DNA from: Bacteroidales bacterium
GTDB lineage: Bacteria; Bacteroidota; Bacteroidia; Bacteroidales; VadinHA17
Reading direction: 5' to 3'
Assembly: GCA_030596125.1 (NCBI GenBank)
Contig: JAUVKT010000001.1
Location: 28,860-92,859, forward strand
DNA length: 64,000 nucleotides
This document shows positions 16,379-24,726 of this stretch, in pieces. The notes under the pieces were generated by a model that had not been told where the DNA came from, made no database searches, and saw only the letters and a list, made by a program, of their open reading frames with translations. The stretch's first letter is position 1. Every line of letters begins with the position of its first letter. The translations under genes were made by a program, and so were the position numbers.

Positions 16379-19039
16379 ATGAATATCTCTTCGAAGTATG
16401 ATCCTGCCAGTGCAGAGGATAAATGGTATAAATGGTGGATGGACCTGGGCCTTTTCAAGAGTGTGCCGGATGACAGGGAACCTTATGTAATCACCATTCC
16501 TCCCCCTAATGTAACAGGGGTATTGCATATGGGACACATGCTTAACAATACAATTCAGGATGTACTCGTGAGACGTGAAAGGATGAACGGAAAAAATGTT
16601 TGCTGGGTACCCGGAACCGATCATGCCTCCATAGCTACCGAAGCAAAGGTAGTTGCCAAACTGAAAAGTGAGGGTATCGAAAAGAACAGTCTTACAAGAG
16701 ACGAATTCCTCAAACATGCCTGGGAATGGACCGATAAACACGGAGGCATTATTCTGGAACAACTGAAGAGCCTGGGGGCATCATGTGATTGGGACCGTAC
16801 CCTGTTTACTATGGATGAGACCAGGTATGAATCTGTTATAAAAGTATTCGTCGATCTTTATCGTAAGGATCTTATATACAGAGGTGTAAGAATGATTAAC
16901 TGGGATCCTCAGGCTGGCACAGCGGTATCTGATGAGGAGGTTAATCACAGTGAAGAGGATTCACAACTATATTATGTGAATTACAGGATTGCCGGTGAAG
17001 AGGCCTCTTCTGCTGACGCGGGACAGTTTATAACTATAGCAACTACACGTCCCGAAACAATACTGGGGGATACTGCCGTATGTGTTAATCCTGCTGATGA
17101 ACGGTACACTTATCTAAGGGAAAAAAGTGTTATTGTTCCCATGGTCAACAGGGAGGTTCCCATAATCTTTGATAATTATGTCGATCCGGAATTCGGAACG
17201 GGGTGTCTGAAGGTTACTCCTGCCCATGATATCAATGACTATGAAATAGGTTTGCGTCATAAATTACCGGTGATAGATATTTTCAATGATGATGGTACAT
17301 TAAGTAAGGAAGCAGTCCTGTTTGTGGGGACCGACCGGTTTGAGGCGAGAAAACTTGCCCTGGACGAACTTGAAAAGCTGGGTGCTTTAGCACGAACAGA
17401 GGAATATAAGAACAAAGTAGGACGCTCTGAGCGGACCAATGCAATAATAGAACCAAAGCTTTCCATGCAGTGGTTCCTTAAGATGGATAAGCTTTCAAAA
17501 CCGGCCCTTGATGCTGTATTAAATGGTGATGTAAACATCCACCCGCCTAAATATAAAAATGTATATCGCCACTGGATGGAAAATGTACGTGACTGGTGTG
17601 TAAGCAGACAATTGTGGTGGGGACAAAGGATTCCTGCCTACTATTATAATAATGATGAATTTGTTGTTGCAGAGAGTGCAGAGAAGGCTCTTGAGATAGC
17701 AAAAAGTGAGAGTGGAGATCAGAATCTGAGGATAGAAGATCTGCGACAGGATGAGGATGTTCTTGATACATGGTTCTCATCATGGCTCTGGCCTATTACA
17801 AGTTTTAACGGGATACTTGATCCCGGTAACAGGGACATAAAATACTATTATCCGACCAATGCTCTGATAACTGCTCCCGAGATACTTTTCTTCTGGGTAG
17901 CCAGAATGATTATTTCCGGTTATGAATATATGGGCAAGAAACCTTTTAGTGATGTTTATCTGCATGGGCTGGTACGGGATAAGCAGAGAAGAAAAATGTC
18001 TAAATCTCTTGGCAATTCACCTGATCCGCTTGACCTGATAAAAAAATATGGAGCTGATGGTGTACGTGTTGGTATGCTGCTATGTTCTCCTGCAGGAAAT
18101 GATCTGTTATATGACGATAGTTTGCCGGAACAGGGACGAAATTTTGCCAATAAGATCTGGAATGCTTACCGGTTGATAAAATCGTGGGAGATAGATGATA
18201 ATATTAGCCAGCCTGTTTGGTCGGAGATAGCAGGCAAAGCTTTTGATGCAAAATTGTCGGAGGCCGTCATTGCCTATAATAAAGATTTCACAAAGTTCAG
18301 GATTTCCAGTGCTCTGATGATTGTCTACCGGCTTTTCTGGGACGAGTTTTCAAGCTGGTACCTTGAGATTATAAAACCCGATTATAAGAAGCCTGTAGAT
18401 CGGGCTACATACGATCAGGCAATATCCTTCGTTGACAGTCTTATGAGGCTTATTCATCCGTTTATGCCGTTTTTAACTGAGGAGATATGGCAGCATATTT
18501 CAGAGAGGGGAAAAACAGAAAGCATTATGACCACCCCTCAACCGCTCCCTGAAAAGGTTGATGTTAAGATCATGAAGGAGTATGAAGAGGCAAAACAGGT
18601 GATCAGTCTTGTACGGAATGTTCGGAAGAAAAAGAATATAAAAATCCTTGAGAGTCTTGACCTGTTTTTCATGAAAGGCACTGATGCCGGGTCAGGTATT
18701 TTTTCCCCTGTGATAATCAGACTGGGCAATATTGGCAATTTCTCAACAGTTAATGAGAAACCTGACGGGGCTGTTTCATTTATTGTGGGAACGATTGAAT
18801 ATTATATCCCTGTTGGCGAAAAGATGGATGTTGAGGCCGAGGTGAAAAAGCTGAATGAAGATCTTGACTATTACCAGGGGTTCCTGCAGTCGGTTATGAA
18901 GAAGCTTGGAAACGAGAGATTTGTTAATAATGCACCCGCTGATGTTGTAGCGAACGAAAAAAAGAAGAGGATTGATACCGAAACTAAAATCAGGGTTCTG
19001 GAGAGTCGATTGGAAGAGTTGCGGGGATCAGGGAATTAG
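16379..19039 (+). CDS. valS: Valine--tRNA ligase
   Basis: 886 aa. Class I motifs PPNVTGVLHMGH and KMSKSLGN are present, along with an editing domain and a C-terminal coiled coil. Confidence 0.97.
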   Translation: MNISSKYDPASAEDKWYKWWMDLGLFKSVPDDREPYVITIPPPNVTGVLHMGHMLNNTIQDVLVRRERMNGKNVCWVPGTDHASIATEAKVVAKLKSEGIEKNSLTRDEFLKHAWEWTDKHGGIILEQLKSLGASCDWDRTLFTMDETRYESVIKVFVDLYRKDLIYRGVRMINWDPQAGTAVSDEEVNHSEEDSQLYYVNYRIAGEEASSADAGQFITIATTRPETILGDTAVCVNPADERYTYLREKSVIVPMVNREVPIIFDNYVDPEFGTGCLKVTPAHDINDYEIGLRHKLPVIDIFNDDGTLSKEAVLFVGTDRFEARKLALDELEKLGALARTEEYKNKVGRSERTNAIIEPKLSMQWFLKMDKLSKPALDAVLNGDVNIHPPKYKNVYRHWMENVRDWCVSRQLWWGQRIPAYYYNNDEFVVAESAEKALEIAKSESGDQNLRIEDLRQDEDVLDTWFSSWLWPITSFNGILDPGNRDIKYYYPTNALITAPEILFFWVARMIISGYEYMGKKPFSDVYLHGLVRDKQRRKMSKSLGNSPDPLDLIKKYGADGVRVGMLLCSPAGNDLLYDDSLPEQGRNFANKIWNAYRLIKSWEIDDNISQPVWSEIAGKAFDAKLSEAVIAYNKDFTKFRISSALMIVYRLFWDEFSSWYLEIIKPDYKKPVDRATYDQAISFVDSLMRLIHPFMPFLTEEIWQHISERGKTESIMTTPQPLPEKVDVKIMKEYEEAKQVISLVRNVRKKKNIKILESLDLFFMKGTDAGSGIFSPVIIRLGNIGNFSTVNEKPDGAVSFIVGTIEYYIPVGEKMDVEAEVKKLNEDLDYYQGFLQSVMKKLGNERFVNNAPADVVANEKKKRIDTETKIRVLESRLEELRGSGN

Positions 19040-20335
19040 TTTTGTAATAATATAGTTTTCTTCAACTTCAACCATTTCCCAGTTGTTATTGAGAATAATA
19101 TGCCAGCCATCACCTGAAATATGGTTTTTATCTCTTTTAAGGTTTTTGGCAGGTACCCTAACAATCTCCAGGTCAGATGAAACCAGGCAGCCACCTTTAT
19201 TTATGGAAAGTTTCCCCCAGTTATCGGAAACCCGTAGTGTTTCATAGATAGTACCGACGGTATCGACCGGATCGATATCTTCAGGTTCAAAACTAAAACT
19301 AGGACTTTCGAGTTCCAGGAATATAACAGGTCGTTCGGTATACTTGGCAACACGTTTGCGGAGCCCCTCTTTGAGAAGAGCTTCTCTCTCTTGTTCTTCC
19401 TGATTGACGATATCCAGGTCGTAGTTAAAGGCAAGGCTTCCGGCAATATCCCTGCAAATTTCAGGAAGTTTGATTTTATATTGTTCAGCGGTGATATCCC
19501 CAAGGTTAAAGTCAGAACTGGTAAGGCTTCTGAAATCAAAACACGATTCATTTAAAAGGTATGCGTAAAGAGCTCCTGCAATAAATCCGTACGAGTGTGA
19601 ATAGGACCTGAAATTATAGAATCGCTCCTCCTGCTCAAGCAGCTTTTTTGTTTCAGTCTCCCGGTCGGGATTACACATGTATGTATATGTAAAGGTGGTA
19701 ACTCCTTCATAATTCTCAAATTTTCTCTCTTCTTCTATAAAACGGGGATACATCTCATGCCGGGCAGACCTGAATACCAGGGCATCTCTGATAGCCTGCT
19801 TCCGTGTTTTTCCGGATGTCCGGATCGCCCTTACAAGCGCCTTCCATTCCATTTTAGTCCAAAACCTGGCAGTTCGCTCGTTAAGGTGACTGGTATTGTA
19901 AACGGGAGTGTCGGTGTTTGTTTTTACCTGGAAACAATGAAAGAGGCCATGTATCGACCGGGATATAATACGATATTCGTCTTCATTACGGGGCAGGGGT
20001 GTCATGGCAAACAGGGTATTGCCAAAGGTTACTGCATAATTATTAATAATCTCTTCCCTGGGATAATGGCCGTAAAAGATCTCCCCACGTGGTTTAAGTA
20101 TCCCCTCAGCATCCTGGAAGTTGGAATATATCTCCCTGTTATCAGAATTCACAAGGAGAACAGGGCCATAAAGATTCGCTCCCCATAATTGTCCCTTTTC
20201 GCTGGCGCAAATCTTCTCAACCTCAGAAAAATAATAAACTGCCTTATCAAGTGTAAGGTAATTTATAGTTTCATCATTTTTGCAACTGTATGTCAGTACA
20301 AACAGCAGTATACTGACAATTATTCCTTTTCTCAT
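19028..20335 (-). CDS. Hypothetical lipoprotein
   Basis: This is a long uninterrupted ORF of 435 aa. It has a lipoprotein signal (LLFVLTYSCKND). I recognise no family. Its 3' end overlaps valS by 12 bp (convergent). Confidence 0.6.
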   Translation of the reverse strand: MRKGIIVSILLFVLTYSCKNDETINYLTLDKAVYYFSEVEKICASEKGQLWGANLYGPVLLVNSDNREIYSNFQDAEGILKPRGEIFYGHYPREEIINNYAVTFGNTLFAMTPLPRNEDEYRIISRSIHGLFHCFQVKTNTDTPVYNTSHLNERTARFWTKMEWKALVRAIRTSGKTRKQAIRDALVFRSARHEMYPRFIEEERKFENYEGVTTFTYTYMCNPDRETETKKLLEQEERFYNFRSYSHSYGFIAGALYAYLLNESCFDFRSLTSSDFNLGDITAEQYKIKLPEICRDIAGSLAFNYDLDIVNQEEQEREALLKEGLRKRVAKYTERPVIFLELESPSFSFEPEDIDPVDTVGTIYETLRVSDNWGKLSINKGGCLVSSDLEIVRVPAKNLKRDKNHISGDGWHIILNNNWEMVEVEENYIITKLIP

Positions 20336-20472
20336 GGACTAACGGGCTTAGATTTTATAAAAGTATAAAAATATTTATGCAAATCAGTATCGTTTTATGT
20401 CAAATGTCAAATGTTTTCGATGATAATCTCCCTGCCGTTTTTCCCCCTCTTATTTTCCATTTTTTTTACCTT

Positions 20473-20500
20473 TCGTCGTTAGTCGTTAGTCGTTTGTCAC
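20473..20500. repeat. 4 x 7-bp degenerate tandem repeat
   Basis: The units are TCGTCGT, TAGTCGT, TAGTCGT and TTGTCAC. Confidence 0.85.
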
Positions 20501-20602
20501 TTAATGTCAACCTCTTTACTCCCTGCTCCCTACTCTCTACTTTTTCTCCCTCTCCGTTTTATGTCAGATGTTCTTCAACATTCCACTCTTTAAACTTTAT
20601 AT

Positions 20603-20610
20603 TATATTTG
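20603..20610 (+). promoter_or_regulatory. TAnnTTTG -7 motif (TATATTTG) before the glnA-like gene
   Basis: Exact match, 23 nt upstream of ATG 20634. The 10-mer ATTATATTTG is shared with the HK promoter at 24626-24635. Confidence 0.5.
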
Positions 20611-20633
20611 CATTCTCTAAAAAAGATAAGACC

Positions 20634-22145
20634 ATGCAAATGAATAACGGTGAAATTCTAATGAACCCTAATGAATTGGTACAGTTCCTTAAAAAGCCTG
20701 CAACAAGCTTCACAAAGGGTGATTTGATAAGGTTTATTGAAGCCAGGGGGATAGGGATGTTGAATTTCAGGTATGTAGCTGAAGATGGTAAGTTAAAAGC
20801 ATTAAATTTTGTTCTTTCGAGCCGGGAGCATCTTGAACAGATCCTGTCAACAGGGGAGAGAGTAGACGGATCAAGCCTCTTCTCTTTTGTGAAAGCCGGA
20901 TCAAGTGATCTGTATGTAATTCCAAGGTTCAGAACAGCTTTTTTAAATCCTTTCACTGATAAACCAACCCTTGAAATATTATGCTCTTTTTACGATTTCA
21001 ATGGAAATCCGCTGGAGAGCGCCCCTGAAAATATTCTTCGGAAAGCTTATACTATTTTTAAAAATGAGACAGGTTTGAAGATGAAAGCCCTGGGTGAACT
21101 GGAGTATTATGTAAGATCTTTCAGGGATGATCTCTATCCGCTGGCAGATCAGAAAGGTTATCATCAGACAAAACCTTTTGCCAAATTTGAGGATCTTCGT
21201 ATTGAAGCACTATCACTCTGTGCAAATGCAGGATGTAAGATAAAGTATGGCCATTCTGAGGTGGGAAGTTTTACCAGCGAAGGAGAAGATTTTGAGCAGC
21301 ATGAGATTGAATTTCTACCGGTTGAGGTAGAAGAGGCTGTTGAGCAACTGATAATTGCCAAGTGGATTGTGAGGATGCTCAGTTATGAGTATGGTGTTGA
21401 AGTTAGTTTTGCACCTAAAATAACTGTTGGGAAAGCAGGAAGTGGTGTACATATTCATATGTTGCTTGAAGAAGATGGTAAGAATATTATGACGGACGGG
21501 AAGGATATAAGTGATATGGCGAAAAAAATGATTGCCGGAATACTGGACCTTTCGAAATCTCTTACAGCTTTTGGCAATACAATACCCACCTCGTATCTCC
21601 GGCTTGTACCTCACCAGGAAGCTCCGACAAATATCTGTTGGGGAGACAGGAACAGGTCTGTACTGGTGCGGGTACCTCTTGGATGGATGGGTGTCACTGA
21701 TATGTTGTCTGACGCTAATCCTGAGGATGATTCCGAAAAAATTCCTCAAAACAGTAAGCAAACTGTTGAGTTCAGGGCTCCCGACGGATCTGCCGATCTT
21801 TATCTGCTGATGGCCGGACTGGTTGTGGCTACCAGACATGGTCTGAAAATGGATAACTCACTAACCAGGGCTGAAAACCTGTATGTGTCAGTTAATATTT
21901 TCAGAGATGAAAACAAGGGTCAGCTTGAACGCCTTGATTCCTTGCCGGCCTCCTGTTTTGAGTCTGCGGTCGAACTTGAGAAACAAAGAGAATACTTTGA
22001 AAAAGATAACATCTTTCCTGAAGGAACCATTGATAACATAATTCAGAATCTCAAAGCTTATAATGATAAAGGCCTTAGCGAAAAGTTATATGGTAAAGAA
22101 GATGAAATTGCCAAACTGGTAAACCAATTCCTGCATTGCGGTTAA
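20634..22145 (+). CDS. glnA: Glutamine synthetase family protein (about 500-aa form)
   Basis: It has GS beta-grasp and catalytic-domain motifs (…KYGHSEVG…QHEIEF…, GSGVHIHM, NRSVLVRVP, VEFRAPDGSADLYL). I set the start at ATG 20634, 23 nt after a -7 promoter motif. The ORF-track start at 20568 lies inside promoter and low-complexity DNA. Confidence 0.8.
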   Translation: MQMNNGEILMNPNELVQFLKKPATSFTKGDLIRFIEARGIGMLNFRYVAEDGKLKALNFVLSSREHLEQILSTGERVDGSSLFSFVKAGSSDLYVIPRFRTAFLNPFTDKPTLEILCSFYDFNGNPLESAPENILRKAYTIFKNETGLKMKALGELEYYVRSFRDDLYPLADQKGYHQTKPFAKFEDLRIEALSLCANAGCKIKYGHSEVGSFTSEGEDFEQHEIEFLPVEVEEAVEQLIIAKWIVRMLSYEYGVEVSFAPKITVGKAGSGVHIHMLLEEDGKNIMTDGKDISDMAKKMIAGILDLSKSLTAFGNTIPTSYLRLVPHQEAPTNICWGDRNRSVLVRVPLGWMGVTDMLSDANPEDDSEKIPQNSKQTVEFRAPDGSADLYLLMAGLVVATRHGLKMDNSLTRAENLYVSVNIFRDENKGQLERLDSLPASCFESAVELEKQREYFEKDNIFPEGTIDNIIQNLKAYNDKGLSEKLYGKEDEIAKLVNQFLHCG

Positions 22146-23071
22146 TTATTATTAATAATTCTTTTATGCCTGATATTTGCTGTTTTGATACTGGCATTCA
22201 GCTCAAATCCTATCAGAAGCGATATGGAGTTTAAATACAACCATAACAAAATCACGATAATCGTACCCATAGAACCATATAATTTATTGTACTGGTCAAA
22301 ATTATTGACATAGGCAGAGAATCCTAGTGATGTAGCTATAAAGAGTATGGTTGCAAGTGTCGATCCGGCTGAAAAAAACCTGAACCTGGCCTTTCGCGAA
22401 GGTGCCAGGTAATAGAGGAATGAAATAGCCAGAAAGAGCATGCCTATTGTCAGCAACCATTTGAATGTCATTATTATATAATACACCCAGTTGGTTTCAA
22501 TCAGGTCAATATCAACCAGTTTCTGCACTGTCATACGGCCAAAGATCAGGAGCGCTGCCGATACGGAAGTCATAAAAACAATGATAAGCAAAAGGCTGAA
22601 CGAGACCCTTCGCTGGGCGACCCAGCTGCGGGTTTCAAATTTATGATCTGAAACTATAAATGCGTGAATAAGGGCATGAATACCATTTGAAGACATAATT
22701 GCTGACGCAAAAAACATTACTACAAGGAATACCCCGCTTTTGACGGTAATAACATTTATTATTGTAGATTCGAGCAGGCTGTAGGCATTTTCAGGAACAA
22801 TATTTTCAAACAGGCGTATCAGCTCAGACTGAAAATTCGGTATAGGGATAAATGGTATCAGCGTAAACAGGAAAAAGGTTGATGGTAAAAGTGCAAGTAA
22901 CAGATTAAAGGCAATTGATGATGCTCTTGTTACCAATGCACCTTTTTTAAAACCTCTGAAGAAGAATAGTATAACATCATATATCGGGACCCTGTCGAAA
23001 CCGGGAAGAACCAGATGTTTAATCCAATTTTCGAACTTTACTAATTTTTCCTGAGTAATAAATTTATTCAT
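22142..23071 (-). CDS. YihY/BrkB family membrane protein
   Basis: 309 aa with six predicted TM helices and a YihY-like N-terminal motif (…ASSIAFNLLLALLPS…). It abuts the nadC stop with no gap. Confidence 0.7.
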   Translation of the reverse strand: MNKFITQEKLVKFENWIKHLVLPGFDRVPIYDVILFFFRGFKKGALVTRASSIAFNLLLALLPSTFFLFTLIPFIPIPNFQSELIRLFENIVPENAYSLLESTIINVITVKSGVFLVVMFFASAIMSSNGIHALIHAFIVSDHKFETRSWVAQRRVSFSLLLIIVFMTSVSAALLIFGRMTVQKLVDIDLIETNWVYYIIMTFKWLLTIGMLFLAISFLYYLAPSRKARFRFFSAGSTLATILFIATSLGFSAYVNNFDQYNKLYGSMGTIIVILLWLYLNSISLLIGFELNASIKTANIRHKRIINNN

Positions 23072-23923
23072 TCATATTGCTTTAAGGCTCATATCAAGAC
23101 TTTTAACATGATGGGTCAGGGCTCCTACCGAGATAAAATCAACGCCGCACTCCGCATAGCTTCTTATTGTTTCCATAGTTATACCACCTGACGATTCTGT
23201 TTCATATTTGCCGCCGATTAACTTTACAGCTTCTAATGTCTCTTCCGTAGTAAAATTATCAAGCATTATTCTGTCAACTCCTCCTGTTTTGATGATAAGT
23301 TTAACCTCTTTGATATTCCGGGCTTCAATCTCAATCTTTAAATTTCTGCCTGTTTTTTTGAGATATAAGTTTGCCTTTTTAATGGCATTTTCAATTCCTC
23401 CTGCGAAATTGACATGATTATCCTTTAGCATTATCATATCATACAACCCCATTCTGTGATTTATCCCACCACCGATGCGTACCGCTTCTTTTTCCAGTAG
23501 TCTGAAATTTGGTGTTGTTTTCCGTGTGTCAAGTATCTTTGTATTGTAACCTTTCAGTGCATCAACATAGCGACGTGTTTCAGTTGCAATTCCGCTCATT
23601 CTTTGCAGAATATTTAAAGCCAGGCGTTCTGCCTTAAGCAGACCCTGCCGGCTCCCTTCGGCAATAAATCCGTAGTCGCCTGGAAAAACGGCTGATCCGT
23701 CATCTATTAAAGTTTCGATTGATATCCCGGGATCGACACGCCTGAAAACTGTACAGGCAATCTTCACTCCGGCCAATATCCCTTTCTCCTTGATCAGCAG
23801 TCTTGCTTTTCCAGATTCGGATTGGGAAATACATGACAGGGAGCTGTGATCCCCATCTCCCACATCTTCAGTTATTGCCCTGTCTATAAGTTCATTAATT
23901 ACTGCCTGATTCATCTTTTTCAA
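23072..23923 (-). CDS. nadC: Nicotinate-nucleotide diphosphorylase (quinolinate phosphoribosyltransferase)
   Basis: 283 aa with a typical NadC pattern (…LDTRKTTPNFRLLEKEAVRIGGGINHRMGLYD…MLDNF…SGGI…). Confidence 0.9.
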   Translation of the reverse strand: MKKMNQAVINELIDRAITEDVGDGDHSSLSCISQSESGKARLLIKEKGILAGVKIACTVFRRVDPGISIETLIDDGSAVFPGDYGFIAEGSRQGLLKAERLALNILQRMSGIATETRRYVDALKGYNTKILDTRKTTPNFRLLEKEAVRIGGGINHRMGLYDMIMLKDNHVNFAGGIENAIKKANLYLKKTGRNLKIEIEARNIKEVKLIIKTGGVDRIMLDNFTTEETLEAVKLIGGKYETESSGGITMETIRSYAECGVDFISVGALTHHVKSLDMSLKAI

Positions 23924-24302
23924 TTCTCAGCTGGTGTATAAGGGGCTTTGAATCTACTCGCTTAATCAGAAAATAGACCCTGAAATTTCCATTACGGGTT
24001 TTGAGATTACCTATAGCATAATGGGCATCATTCTTTCCTCCCTGATGCTTAATTATAAATTCCAGTGTTTGATGATTCCTGAAAAAGTCCTTTAAAATAG
24101 TTTCAGCAACACTTTTTTTGTAAAAGTCTTCTTTATCGAGTATTACTAGCTCAACTGTGCTATTAAGGTATTCAGATAATTTATCAGCATTACCTGCCCT
24201 GAATGCGAGTGAAATTTCGGATGGAATTGCAGACGACTGGGCTCTTATGAATGAAGTGCCCGCAGCGATTAATATAATCAGTAAGCAGATCTGTTTTTTC
24301 AT
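23895..24302 (-). CDS. DUF4783-like small secreted protein
   Basis: 135 aa with a signal peptide (…SFIRAQS). The pattern resembles DUF4783, which I recall being commonly next to nadC in Bacteroidota. It overlaps the nadC start by 29 bp. Confidence 0.55.
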   Translation of the reverse strand: MKKQICLLIILIAAGTSFIRAQSSAIPSEISLAFRAGNADKLSEYLNSTVELVILDKEDFYKKSVAETILKDFFRNHQTLEFIIKHQGGKNDAHYAIGNLKTRNGNFRVYFLIKRVDSKPLIHQLRIEKDESGSN

Positions 24303-24337
24303 ATGTAGGTATTTTATCAGAATAATCCAGCTATGTA

Positions 24338-24345
24338 CAAAAATA
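24338..24345 (-). promoter_or_regulatory. TAnnTTTG -7 motif (TATTTTTG on minus strand) before the DUF4783-nadC-yihY unit
   Basis: The plus strand reads CAAAAATA, 35 nt upstream of the ATG at 24302. Confidence 0.45.
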
Positions 24346-24403
24346 GGTGAAATAAATTAATTCATGAAACGGGATGAAGAAGTGACTAAAGTGAGAAGAA
24401 GGC

Positions 24404-24431
24404 AAAAGGCGTAAGGCGTAGGGCATAAGGG
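24404..24431. repeat. 4 x 7-bp degenerate tandem repeat
   Basis: The units are AAAAGGC, GTAAGGC, GTAGGGC and ATAAGGG. Confidence 0.85.
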
Positions 24432-24484
24432 AAGACAAAGTGACTTTAAAGTTAAAAGTGACTAAAGTTGGGAAAGATGTTGAA

Positions 24485-24516
24485 TTGTTTAATCGTGTAA
24501 TCGTTTAATTGTTAAG
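24485..24516. repeat. 4 x 8-bp degenerate tandem repeat
   Basis: The units are TTGTTTAA, TCGTGTAA, TCGTTTAA and TTGTTAAG. Confidence 0.85.
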
Positions 24517-24627
24517 AAGTCGATGTCTGTCCTTCTTACTCCATACTTCTTACTCCCTACTTCTTCATCTTCTCCCCGTTTCTCCCCCTCCCTCTTTTAC
24601 ATTTTTCCAACATTCCTTTATACTTAT

Positions 24628-24635
24628 TATATTTG
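24628..24635 (+). promoter_or_regulatory. TAnnTTTG -7 motif (TATATTTG) before the histidine kinase gene
   Basis: Exact match, 91 nt upstream of ATG 24727. Confidence 0.45.
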
Positions 24636-24726
24636 TATGTTTTCTACCGGCATCGGTTGGTACGGTTATTGTTTCCCGAACAGCTGTACAGGGCATTTAC
24701 AATTATTAAAGGGTTACCTTATCATA

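Noticed and set aside
20568-20633. Upstream extension of the glnA-like ORF, and the 88-aa ORF at 20377-20643.
   Set aside because: The extension reads through the -7 promoter motif and CT-rich repeat DNA. The GS homology begins after the ATG at 20634.
24523-24726. Upstream extension of the histidine-kinase ORF (MSVLLTPYFLLPTSSSSPRFSPS…), and the 66-aa ORF at 24509-24709.
   Set aside because: It is a translation of the pyrimidine-rich repeat and the promoter motif. The first plausible N-terminus followed by a TM starts at ATG 24727.
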